From: Nitrospirota bacterium
Lineage (GTDB): Bacteria > Nitrospirota > Thermodesulfovibrionia > Thermodesulfovibrionales > JdFR-86
Assembly (NCBI GenBank): GCA_963721805.1
Contig: CAVRJY010000004.1
Location: 224,001 to 288,000 of the forward strand
Reading direction: 5' to 3'
DNA: 64,000 nucleotides
Shown here: positions 9,867 to 18,503 of the stretch, piece by piece
Layout of the letters: each line of letters begins with the position of its first letter
Position numbering within the stretch: position 1 is the stretch's first letter
The notes under the pieces: generated by a model
What the model saw: only the letters and a program-made list of their open reading frames with translations
Told to the model about the DNA's origin: nothing
Databases searched by the model: none
Made by a program: the position numbers and the translations under genes

Positions 9867-9871
9867 GCCCC

Positions 9872-11416
9872 ATGACCGAGACCCCGGCATCGCATCTCGA
9901 GACGGCGGCAAAGGGCATTATCCTTGTCCTCGCAGCCACGGTCCTGAGCCAGCTGTTCTGGTTTCTGAGCAAGCTGTACGTCGCGACCGCGCTAAGCAAG
10001 CAGGACTTCGGGTTGTTCACCCTGGCCTGGACCATATTTTCGATCATAACAGCGGTAGCCACGCTCGGCCTGCCCGAGGGCCTGCTGCGCTTCATACCTC
10101 TTAAGGGCGCGCAGGGGGACCCTGAGGGCGCACGGGCCATGTCGAGGGCGGCCATGCAGATCACCTCGGGCATCTCGCTTTTTCTGGCCGTCCTTCTGTA
10201 CCTGCTTTCCGGGCCCATCGCGGAACGCGTCTTCTACGACAAGGGGCTTGCATACCCTCTTAGGGCCGTTTCGCTCCTGATCCCCTTTATGCTCGTCTTC
10301 AAGACCGTGCTTTACATCCTGCGGGGCTACGGGTTCATCTACGTAAAGGTCTTAAGCGACATAGGCACCCCCGCGCTCTACGGCCTGCTCGTGGTCGCCT
10401 CCGCGTCGCTCATCCCGGGGATTACCGGCGTCCTCGGCGCATTCGTGATATCCCAGATGGCGGTGGCGGTGCTGGTGGTCGCATACGGGTACTCGATGCT
10501 CGGGAGGGCCAGCCTCTCGCCGTTTGGAGGGAGGCACCGGCGGGAGCTGCTGAGCTTTTCGTGGGTGATAATGCTGGTCTCGATCATAGACATGATGCTG
10601 GCCTGGACGGACAGCCTCATACTCGGCAGGTACGTCGACGCCACCAGCGTGGGCATCTACGGGATCGGCATGTCCATCGCCAAGCTCATCACGATGCCGT
10701 ATGACACCCTGTGGTTTATATTCTTCCCCATCGCCGCTGAACTGTGCTCGGGCGGCAAGGACGCCGAGTTCAAGAGGACCTACCATGTCCTGATGAGGTG
10801 GAATTTTTTCCTTACCCTCCCGATATTTTTCGTCTGCTATTTTTTCCCTGAGACCACCCTCAGCATCCTGTTCAGGGACAAGTTCCAGGATGCCGCCACC
10901 CCGCTGAGGATACTCGCCATTGGGTTCCTCTCGCACGCGGTGCTGGGCATCAGCATCATATCGCTTGTGGCATCCGGGTACATGAAGACGCTGCTTAAGA
11001 TCTCCTCGGCCGGGGCCGTCTTTAACATCGCGCTCAGCTATACCCTGGTCAAGTACATGGGGCTCGGGATGAAAGGCGCGGCCCTGGCCACCGTCTCGAC
11101 TTTCATCCTTATCGATACCGTCTATAGCATCGCCTTTTACCGGACGCGTGGCATATTCCCCCTTACGCCGTCGTTCGTCCGCCCGGTCCTGCTGCTCGCC
11201 GTGGTTGGATATTTCACAAAGCTCCTGGCAGGCCTGATGCCCATGAGCGCCCTGCTGCTGCCGGTATATTTCCTGGTGTTTCTCGTGCTGTATTTCGCGG
11301 GGCTGCTGCTCATCAGGAGCATCGAGGAGGAAGACGTCATGCTGGTGAGGCGCATATCCGGGAGGCTCAACATACCTGCCGGGGGCCTGATAAGATTCCT
11401 CGAAAGATTCGTCTGA
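9872..11416 (+). CDS. Wzx-like polysaccharide flippase (MOP superfamily)
   Basis: Many hydrophobic helices; LSKQDFGLFTLA, TDSLILGRY..VGIY, GMKGAALAT. ATG 9872 follows the upstream stop. Confidence 0.88.
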   Translation: MTETPASHLETAAKGIILVLAATVLSQLFWFLSKLYVATALSKQDFGLFTLAWTIFSIITAVATLGLPEGLLRFIPLKGAQGDPEGARAMSRAAMQITSGISLFLAVLLYLLSGPIAERVFYDKGLAYPLRAVSLLIPFMLVFKTVLYILRGYGFIYVKVLSDIGTPALYGLLVVASASLIPGITGVLGAFVISQMAVAVLVVAYGYSMLGRASLSPFGGRHRRELLSFSWVIMLVSIIDMMLAWTDSLILGRYVDATSVGIYGIGMSIAKLITMPYDTLWFIFFPIAAELCSGGKDAEFKRTYHVLMRWNFFLTLPIFFVCYFFPETTLSILFRDKFQDAATPLRILAIGFLSHAVLGISIISLVASGYMKTLLKISSAGAVFNIALSYTLVKYMGLGMKGAALATVSTFILIDTVYSIAFYRTRGIFPLTPSFVRPVLLLAVVGYFTKLLAGLMPMSALLLPVYFLVFLVLYFAGLLLIRSIEEEDVMLVRRISGRLNIPAGGLIRFLERFV

Positions 11417-11574
11417 GACGCCAGGGCCTATGCCGCGTCTTGCGCGGCCCCGCGTCCGCATCGAACAGCCTTCGTACCGCCTCCGCATGCCGTTTTTAGA
11501 CAAACCGCGTTTTTTGTGATATGGTTTGCTTGGGGGGTTCGGCCCCCCTCAAACAACACAAGGAGCGTGCGCAT

Positions 11575-12186
11575 ATGGATACCAGCTGCGGCATAATGAT
11601 CGGCAGGGCGGTGCCGGACTTCAGCATCGAGACGTTCGAGCCGACCAAGGGCGGTTTCGGCACATTCAGCCTCTCGGAGCAGCTCAAGAAGATGAAATGG
11701 ACGATACTGTTTTTCTACCCCGCGGACTTCACCTTCGTCTGAGCGACGGAGTTCGCTGCCCTGGCAGGGCAGTACGACCGCTTCAAGAAAATGGGGGCCG
11801 AGATCATCACGGTCAGCTGCGATACGAAGTACGTCCACCTCGCCTGGCACCGCGACGAGGGCATGCTCAAGGATGTCACTTACCCGATGGGCTCCGACCC
11901 CACCGGCAACCTCGGCCGGACATTCGGCATCCATGACGAGGACAAGGGGCTGCACCTGCGCGGGACGTTCATCATCAGCCCGGCGGGCATACTGTTTAAT
12001 TCCGAGGTGAACTTCTTTAACCTCGGCCGCAACGTGGACGAGCTCATGCGCAAGTTCAAGGCGAACCTCCACCTCGCGAAGAAGACCGCCGAGGCCTGTC
12101 CCTCAAAATGGAAAGAGGAAGGGGACAAGACCTTAAAACCCACGGCCGCGATGGTCGGCAAGGTAGCCGAGGCCATGGCAGGCTAG
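11575..12186 (+). CDS. AhpC/Prx1-type peroxiredoxin, selenocysteine-containing (in-frame TGA at 11740-11742)
   Basis: Track ORFs 11521..11742 and 11791..12186 share one frame. Joined, they read FFYPADFTFV-U-ATE, with TGA at the peroxidatic Cys of FTFVCPTE. Also RGTFII, GRNVDE and resolving EACPSKW. AAGGAG SD before ATG 11575. Confidence 0.92.
11753..11777 (+). promoter_or_regulatory. Candidate bacterial SECIS hairpin of the peroxiredoxin
   Basis: TCG-CTGCCCT-GGC-AGGGCAG-TA-CGA; G-starting apical loop about 20 nt after the UGA. Confidence 0.7.
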
Positions 12187-12221
12187 CGGATCACATACCT
12201 TTAAAGGAGGACGAAACGAAT

Positions 12222-12659
12222 ATGGCCGCTATCAAGGGAAGCAAGCAGTTGCTAGAGATGCTCAACAAGGCCCTCGAGATGGAGATGGCCGTTAGCATAC
12301 AGTACATGTGGCAGCACATCCTGGCCAGGGGCATGTACTCAAACGCGATAGGCCCGACGTTCCGCCTGATCGCGCTTCAGGAGATGCTCCACGGCGAACT
12401 TATCGCCGAGCGGCTCGACTACCTGGGCGGCAAGCCCACGACCGAGCCGGGCAAGATCGTCATAGGCGGCACCGACCCCTTCAAGATGCTCAAGGTGGAC
12501 GTCAAGTCCGAGGAGGACGCGATAACGCTCTACAAAAAGATCATCAAGCTCGCGGACAAGGAAGACGACGTCACGACCCGCAAGATGATGGAGGACATCC
12601 TCCTTCAGGAGGAAAACCACCACAACACCTTTACGAACTTGATCGAAAACCCGATCTAG
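12222..12659 (+). CDS. Bacterioferritin-like / ferritin-like diiron protein
   Basis: E..SIQY..H, QEMLH..IAERLDYLGG.P, EEDAI..Y, D.TTR...EDIL..EENH ferroxidase pattern. AAGGAGG SD. Confidence 0.88.
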   Translation: MAAIKGSKQLLEMLNKALEMEMAVSIQYMWQHILARGMYSNAIGPTFRLIALQEMLHGELIAERLDYLGGKPTTEPGKIVIGGTDPFKMLKVDVKSEEDAITLYKKIIKLADKEDDVTTRKMMEDILLQEENHHNTFTNLIENPI

Positions 12660-12679
12660 TCCAGTGACCGGGGGCTCCC

Positions 12680-13291
12680 TTACTGGGGGCTCCCGGTCAA
12701 CCCCAACATTTGTAAGAGACGTTTCCAGTTCTGCGCCCTCAGGTTCCTGGCCATCGACTGTATGATCTCGTCAGCGGCCATCGAGGCCATGAATTCGTCC
12801 TTCGGCGGGGTGAAGTAAAACCCGAGCGTCATCGCGAAGGCGCGGAGCCTCCAGCCCTCAGCCGGAGTGAGCACGTCAGGCCGCCTGGTATGAAACGGGT
12901 CCTCGCCCTCCCCGCACTGAGCGCCGAATACGATGAACTGCCTGCACGCTATCGGCCTGACGGTATATATCGCGCACGCCCCCTCGACCAGAAACGGGCA
13001 TGCGGCCGAGGGGCCGGCCGTGACGAGGTTGGCGGCCACCGCCTCGCGCAGCGGCGGCCTTAAGCGTTCGACCACATACCAGTTTATGCCCTCGAGCTCT
13101 ATCGGATAGACCGGGATCTCGTGCAGGCCGCAGCAGGTGCCGCAGCCCTTCTTGCATGCGACCGCAGGGCCGCCCAAGGCAAGACGCGAGCGGACGTCAG
13201 CCGCTATGCCGAGGTCCGCGGCCTCGTATGCGTTTAAAAGGAGCGTCAGCCAGGGGTGTTTTAGCTCATCGGCCCTGAACTCGTCGCGCAT
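12680..13291 (-). CDS. YkgJ-family (CxxxCxxCC) cysteine-cluster protein
   Basis: CKKGCGTCC, CPFL, CAIYTVRPIACRQF. ATG 13291 follows GGAGG. Confidence 0.85.
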   Translation of the reverse strand: MRDEFRADELKHPWLTLLLNAYEAADLGIAADVRSRLALGGPAVACKKGCGTCCGLHEIPVYPIELEGINWYVVERLRPPLREAVAANLVTAGPSAACPFLVEGACAIYTVRPIACRQFIVFGAQCGEGEDPFHTRRPDVLTPAEGWRLRAFAMTLGFYFTPPKDEFMASMAADEIIQSMARNLRAQNWKRLLQMLGLTGSPQ

Positions 13292-13434
13292 CGGGGATAT
13301 CCTCCATGGGGTGCTGCGGGCGCTGCGCGGAGCTGACGCGCCGGGATGCCCGCGCAAATAAATATTCAGTTGCATCTTAACAATTTTGTCTTTACAGTGT
13401 AAAATAGGCCTGAACGTACAGGGGAGGGTATCGG

Positions 13435-14249
13435 GTGCCGAGCATTGACAATACGTCAAAGGGCCTTCTGCCGGACGAAGAGAAGACTGCGGCCGCGGCC
13501 GACCCCGAAAGGACGCGCGAGCTCCTGCTCCTTAACCGCCACCACATGGAAACCCTCGGCCGCCTCTCGGCCGGCATCACACACGAGATCAACACCCCGC
13601 TAACGTACATTAAAGGGAACCTCGAGCTCCTGCGCGCCGGGATGGGCCGCACCCTGCCCCCTGAGCGCATAGCCGAGTTTGAGAGGTTCATCTCGCCGAT
13701 AGCGGACGGGGTGGAGCGCATCGCCGCGACCGTAAATTCGATGAAGGGCCTCGTGGGCGTGATGCGCAGCTACAGGGAGGAGCGATCCGTGAACGTCTAC
13801 TCCACCCTGGTGTACGCCGCACGCCTCTTAAACACCGAGCTTAAGCACGCCTCCCCGCTCTATATAAACGGCAGGCCGTTCTCCATCACGATGGACGCCG
13901 AGGCCGAGACCTGCAAGGCGACCCTCAACGCCACGAACATCGAGCAGGTATGGCTCGTAATCCTCAACAACGCAATCGAGGCCTTCGGCCAGAGCCCCCT
14001 TCCCTTCGAGGAGCGCCGCATCGAGGTCTCGTGCTCAGCACGCGAGGGCGGGGTCCGCGTCCTGATCAGGGACAACGCCGGGCCGATTCCTGATGAGGCG
14101 CTGGGCCGTATGTTCGAACTCTTCGAGAGCACGAAGCAGGGGGCTCGGGCATCGGGCTTCACATGGCAAGGACAATAGTGCAGAGCATGGGCGGCACGAT
14201 ACGCGCACTTAACGATGGGGATTGGGCCGAGTTTGAGGTAGCCGTTTAA
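13435..14249 (+). CDS. Soluble histidine kinase without a sensor domain, frameshifted in a G-run at 14139-14143
   Basis: H-box [12 protein letters not shown]-box [19 protein letters not shown]. Adding one G restores [21 protein letters not shown]...EFEVAV*, ending at TAA 14249. Confidence 0.8.
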
Positions 14250-14272
14250 CGGGCAAGCGAGGGGGAAGCGCG

Positions 14273-15601
14273 ATGTTTGTATCGAAGACGAGGCTAAAGG
14301 AGGCAGAGCGCCGGGGGGAGGCGCTGCAGGGAGATCTGGAGGCCGCGAGGGCCGAGGCCGCGCTATATCGCGAGATAGCCTGCTGCTCGAAGGACGAGTT
14401 TCTGGCGGTCATCGACGCCTCGGGCGAGCTCGTATTCGCGAACGACCGCGCGAAGTCTTTCACCGGATTCGACTCGGTCCTGCGCGAGCTCCGGGTCGGC
14501 AAGAATGAGATCGCGACCGACGAGTTCCGTCTCGTCGTCAAGTCACGGCCCCTCTCGGGCGGGCTCACCGCATACTCGATGTCCGAGGCCGTGATCGTCG
14601 GGGGCGACACCGAGATCATCAACCTCCACCAGGACAGCATCCGAAGCGCGCTGGCCGGCTCGCAGCAGGTCCTAAGCGGGATGCTCGGCAAGTTCGAGGA
14701 GATGATCGAGGAGGCGCGCGACACCGCGCAGAAGGCCACCGAGGGCATCGAAACCTCCGAGGCGATGAGCGGCGGGGTCGAGAGGCTCTCCGCCCTGATG
14801 GACGACGCCAGCCGCCTGATGCAGTCGCTGGGCGAGCGCGGGGACGCAATATCGAGCGTCATCACGCTGATCAACGACATCGCCGAGCAGACGAACCTCC
14901 TTGCGCTCAACGCGGCGATAGAGGCCGCGCGCGCGGGCGAGCAGGGCCGCGGCTTCGCGGTCGTGGCAGGCGAGGTCAAGAAGCTCGCCGAGCGCACCTC
15001 GAAGGCCACCTCCGAGATCCGCACCGTGGTGCAGGGCATGCAGGCCGAGATAATCGAGTCGCGCCGAAGTACCTCGGACATCCACGACATCGTCGGGCAG
15101 ACCAGCGCGAACATCATGGACTTCGGCCACAAGCTCAGCTCGTTTCAGAAAAACTCCTCGCGCGCGGTCTTCGAGGTCCTGGACGTGAGCAACCGCATCT
15201 TCGTCACCTTGGCGAAGATCGACCACGTGGTATTTAAGAACAACGTCTACGCGTTCCTCTTCGGCCAGGCCGACAGCTACAAGCCCGTAGATTTCCATAA
15301 CTGCCGCCTCGGGAAGTGGTACTATGAGGGCATAGGCAAGCGCAGGTTCAGCACCGTGCCCTCCTACAAGAGGCTGGAGGCCCCGCACTCGGTCGTGCAC
15401 GAGGAGGCCAACGCCCTCGTGGCCGAATGCGGCCACGGCCTCAAGGGGCGCTGCACGATCTCGGAGATCGAGGGCCGCATCCGACGGATCGAGGCCGCGA
15501 GCGCCGAGGTCGGCGCGTTCCTCGACAAGATGGTCGAGGAAAAGACCAACGAGCTGATGAAGATGGCGGTAGAAGAACTCTTCAAGGAAGGCAGGAGGTA
15601 G
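14273..15601 (+). CDS. Cytoplasmic methyl-accepting chemotaxis protein with C-terminal CZB zinc-binding domain
   Basis: No TM helices; [30 protein letters not shown] hairpin tip; CZB ligands IDHVVFK, CRLGKWY, PHSVVH. Confidence 0.9.
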   Translation: MFVSKTRLKEAERRGEALQGDLEAARAEAALYREIACCSKDEFLAVIDASGELVFANDRAKSFTGFDSVLRELRVGKNEIATDEFRLVVKSRPLSGGLTAYSMSEAVIVGGDTEIINLHQDSIRSALAGSQQVLSGMLGKFEEMIEEARDTAQKATEGIETSEAMSGGVERLSALMDDASRLMQSLGERGDAISSVITLINDIAEQTNLLALNAAIEAARAGEQGRGFAVVAGEVKKLAERTSKATSEIRTVVQGMQAEIIESRRSTSDIHDIVGQTSANIMDFGHKLSSFQKNSSRAVFEVLDVSNRIFVTLAKIDHVVFKNNVYAFLFGQADSYKPVDFHNCRLGKWYYEGIGKRRFSTVPSYKRLEAPHSVVHEEANALVAECGHGLKGRCTISEIEGRIRRIEAASAEVGAFLDKMVEEKTNELMKMAVEELFKEGRR

Positions 15602-15609
15602 ACGCGCCG

Positions 15610-15981
15610 ATGATCAACGTCATGGTCATAGACGACGAGCCGCAGATCACCTCGATGATCGAGACGGCCCTCGCGGCCAACAAGGAGCTGCAAGTCTCGG
15701 CCTACAACAACCCGCTAAACGCCATAGCGGCCCTCGCAAGCCGCAGCCCCGACGTCGTGCTGCTGGACATCATGATGCCCCAGATGGACGGCCTTAAGGC
15801 CCTCGACGCGATCAGGGAGAAATGCCCGCGGGCGAAGGTGATCATGATAACCGCGTACTCCACACTGGATAGGGTGCTTTCGAGCCACAAGAAAGGCGCG
15901 CACGACTTCATCATAAAGCCCTTCGACAGCCTCGCGGCCATCGAGAAGAAATGCCTGAGCGCGGCCATCGCCAAGGACTGA
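15610..15981 (+). CDS. Single-domain response regulator
   Basis: VIDDE, LLDIMMPQMDG, MITA, FIIKPF. ATG after AGGAGG. Confidence 0.9.
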   Translation: MINVMVIDDEPQITSMIETALAANKELQVSAYNNPLNAIAALASRSPDVVLLDIMMPQMDGLKALDAIREKCPRAKVIMITAYSTLDRVLSSHKKGAHDFIIKPFDSLAAIEKKCLSAAIAKD

Positions 15982-16058
15982 CCGGGCCACAGACATAAAA
16001 TGGAAAGGGACCCGGAGGCCCCTTCTTGTTTGTCAGTAACGCCGCCGGAACCGGCGGC

Positions 16059-16078
16059 AGGCGGCCTAGCAGCCGCCT
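16059..16078 (-). promoter_or_regulatory. Candidate SECIS hairpin of the zinc-ribbon gene
   Basis: UGA-AGCCCGAU-AGGCGGC-UGCUAG-GCCGCCU: 7-bp stem, loop G 17 nt after the UGA. A second hairpin (GCCGCCGG-UU-CCGGCGGC, 16041-16058) follows. Confidence 0.55.
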
Positions 16079-16257
16079 ATCGGGCTTCAGCCACCGCCGG
16101 AGCCGCCAAGCAGGCTCCCGAAAAGCGAATCCGACCCGTGGGATACTACGTTGTAGCCCCCGCAGACCGGGCAGCAAAGCTCCTCTGACGAGACGACCTC
16201 GCCGTCCTTGAGCTTAAGCCTGCTTCCGCACTGCAGGCAAAGGTATTGTTTTGCCAT
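16066..16257 (-). CDS. Small zinc-ribbon (FmdB-like) protein, probable selenoprotein (TGA at 16087-16089)
   Basis: Absent from the ORF track. MAKQYLCLQCGSRLKLKDGEVVSSEELCCPVCGGYNVVSHGSDSLFGSLLGGSGGG-U-SPIGGC*. Two CxxC pairs; GGAGG SD inside the end of the ArsR gene; ATG 3 nt after the ArsR stop. If TGA is a true stop, the gene is 16087..16257 (56 aa). Confidence 0.75.
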
Positions 16258-16260
16258 TTC

Positions 16261-16671
16261 TTATTTGCCTCCTGATTTAACTTTTTTACGGCGTTTATCC
16301 ATGTATGCCAGAAAGGTCTTCATGTCGCAGCGTCCGGTCTTCTCCTGGAACTCCCGGCAGTCCGCGAGGCTCTTGAGGTCGAGGCCGTAGGCGGCCGCGT
16401 CCTTTAATTCGTCCCTGAGCACCTTCATGACCGCGCGGGCGCGGGGCGGAAGGCGTTTTTTAAGCACGTAGAACACGAGCTTCCCGTCGCGCCGCTCGTC
16501 GACGAGCCCGGCCGCGTCCAGCATGGCCATGTTGCGCGAGACCAGGGGCTGGGAAATCCCGAGCACCGCCATGATCTGGCATACGCAGAGTTCGGCCTCC
16601 CCGAGGAGCATCAGCATCCTCAGGCGCGTCTCGTCCGCGAAAAGCTGGAAGAACCTTGCCGTGTCTTTCAT
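16261..16671 (-). CDS. ArsR/SmtB-family metalloregulatory repressor
   Basis: F..LADETRLRML, ELCVCQI (alpha3 Cys site), SQPLVSRNM..L..AGLV..RRDGK.VFY; two further Cys in the C-terminal extension. Confidence 0.93.
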   Translation of the reverse strand: MKDTARFFQLFADETRLRMLMLLGEAELCVCQIMAVLGISQPLVSRNMAMLDAAGLVDERRDGKLVFYVLKKRLPPRARAVMKVLRDELKDAAAYGLDLKSLADCREFQEKTGRCDMKTFLAYMDKRRKKVKSGGK

Positions 16672-16708
16672 ATAAACCAATTATAATTCGTTTATCTGGC
16701 CGATGTCA
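16672..16708 (-). promoter_or_regulatory. Sigma70 promoter with an overlapping palindromic operator for the ArsR operon
   Basis: TTGACA-N18-TATAAT, then 8 nt to the ATG with no SD. Inverted repeat ATAAACGAATTA/TAATTGGTTTAT (11 of 12 matching, 16672-16695) centred on the -10 box. Confidence 0.8.
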
Positions 16709-16743
16709 AATCCCGGGGCCAGCCCGATGGCCGCAATACGCCG

Positions 16744-18465
16744 CTATCTGCTGGCCTCCACGCGGGCGATCAGCCTCCTTGCGCGCTCGGCCCCGGCCTC
16801 GGCCCCGAGCGCCTCGTAAAAACCCAGCGACTGCCTGAGCCTGAGCAGCGCCTCGTCCATGTTGCCGAGTTCCGCAAACAGCCCCCCGATATTAAATAGC
16901 GCATACGCCGCGCCCGCGCGGTCCCCGGCCGAAGCGAACGCGTCGAGGGCCGAGATGAAGCCCCTCAGCGCCGAGTCGGTATCGCCCGCCCTGCCCCGAA
17001 TCGCCGCGAGGTTTACAAGCGCGCCGGCCTCGCCCTGCCTGTTTCCGGCGGCCCGGAAGCCCTCGAGCGCCTCGTCCAGGCAGGCGGCCGCCTCTTCAGT
17101 CTCGCCGCGGGCCATGCGTATCGAGGCCGCTGTCATCAGCGTCTCGGCCGCGCCCTGCGCGTCACCGGCACCCCGTGCAAGCTCTATAGAACGCGTAGCA
17201 CAGTCAAGCGCGGCCTCAAGCTCGCCCATGGCCTGATGAAGCCCGGCCATGTTCGCGAGCACAACCGCCTCGACCTGCGGGTTATTAGCCTCGCGCGCCA
17301 GTACGATGGCATCGTTGAACACCGCCATCGCGCCCCTGGCGTCTCCCATGCGCGCCGCGATCAAGGCATACTGGTTAAGGAAATCCGCCTCCGAGTTTTT
17401 AAGGCCGAGCCTGCGGCTCACCTCGATGCCCTGGCGGCACTTCCTGAGGGCCATGTCGCGGCGGCCCTCGATCTCAAGCACGCTTATGAGCTTTCGGACG
17501 AAGCCCGCGAATTCCTTGAGCATCGCCTCGTCGCGCATTGCATATTCATAGAGGTTCTCGGCCGCGACGATCGGGTCCGAGGCCATGAAGCCCTCGTACG
17601 CGAGCTTGTGGCTCCTGACCGCGTCCTCCGCGCTGAGCAGCCCGGAAGCGAATCGCCGCAGCGCGGGGTGCATCGTATAGAGGCCGCCCTCGCGCCTGAG
17701 CATACGCCGCGCAACGAGCCGGTCAAGGGCTGGTTGCACCGCCTCGCCGAACATCCTGTATATGTCCTCGGCGGTAGCCGGGACCATCAGAACCGATAGC
17801 CGCGCAAACAAAAAACGGCCCTCTTCATCGAGCCCCTCATACGCGGACTGAAACCAGTTTTCATCGCACGCCAGCCCGCCCGCCGCGGCGAGTTCAATGC
17901 CAAGCGGAAGACCTATGGGACAGCCGTCGCACTCTTGGCCGCTTACGGCGCGATAGAGCGCCGAGGCCTCTCCGGGCGGCATCGGGCCAAGCCTAAGTCC
18001 TTCGACTCCCGGCACCTCGACGTCGTTCGTAATCATGGCCATGGAGCCCTTCGGCAGCCTGGAGACGAACTCCGTGATCTCACCGGCCTCGGGCACGGAC
18101 TCAAGCTCGTCGATCACGATCAGGGAGGGCTTCGCAACCAGCGCCTCATTCAGCCGGGCCATCTTCCTTGGGATATCCTGCCCGGCGGCAGCATCGCCCG
18201 TTAGCGCACGAAGCAGTAAGCCAAGCAGGCTGTCAAGCCCCATCACCCTCTCTGCTATCGGCTCGATCCCCGCCCCGGCCCATATGACGGAGAGCGCGGC
18301 AGCCTCCCGCATCCTGCACCCTGCCGCTCGAGCGAGGCTGGTCTTGCCGATGCCCGGCTGTCCGCTGATGCATATTGAGTGACCGCCTTTCAGCGCCGCC
18401 TCGATTTTGCTTAGCTCGGCCTCCCGGCCCGTAAACCATGGCTGAGGCACCTCAATTGGGTTCAA
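16744..18465 (-). CDS. STAND (NB-ARC-like) ATPase with C-terminal TPR array
   Basis: FTGREAEL, P-loop GQPGIGKT, Walker B LIVIDELE, GLPLGIELAA, YTMHPALR (MHD-like), then several TPRs. TTG start after AAGGAG. Confidence 0.85.
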   Translation of the reverse strand: MNPIEVPQPWFTGREAELSKIEAALKGGHSICISGQPGIGKTSLARAAGCRMREAAALSVIWAGAGIEPIAERVMGLDSLLGLLLRALTGDAAAGQDIPRKMARLNEALVAKPSLIVIDELESVPEAGEITEFVSRLPKGSMAMITNDVEVPGVEGLRLGPMPPGEASALYRAVSGQECDGCPIGLPLGIELAAAGGLACDENWFQSAYEGLDEEGRFLFARLSVLMVPATAEDIYRMFGEAVQPALDRLVARRMLRREGGLYTMHPALRRFASGLLSAEDAVRSHKLAYEGFMASDPIVAAENLYEYAMRDEAMLKEFAGFVRKLISVLEIEGRRDMALRKCRQGIEVSRRLGLKNSEADFLNQYALIAARMGDARGAMAVFNDAIVLAREANNPQVEAVVLANMAGLHQAMGELEAALDCATRSIELARGAGDAQGAAETLMTAASIRMARGETEEAAACLDEALEGFRAAGNRQGEAGALVNLAAIRGRAGDTDSALRGFISALDAFASAGDRAGAAYALFNIGGLFAELGNMDEALLRLRQSLGFYEALGAEAGAERARRLIARVEASR

Positions 18466-18503
18466 TTCGTCTGCTCCTTCAGAGTAATTTCAGCGGCAAG
18501 CGG

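Noticed and set aside
11740..11742. Peroxiredoxin as a nonsense pseudogene
   Set aside because: The stop is TGA exactly at the catalytic Cys position, has a downstream hairpin, and there is no other decay. Selenocysteine is the simpler explanation.
15979..15981. Sec read-through at the response regulator TGA and at other TGA-ending genes
   Set aside because: The domains are complete at the stop, there is no Cys-equivalent position, and many such TGAs overlap the next start codon.
15911..16390. Track ORFs 15911..16177, 16000..16188, 16026..16211 and 16208..16390
   Set aside because: No recognisable motifs; they overlap the better supported zinc-ribbon ORF (16066..16257) or the ArsR gene.
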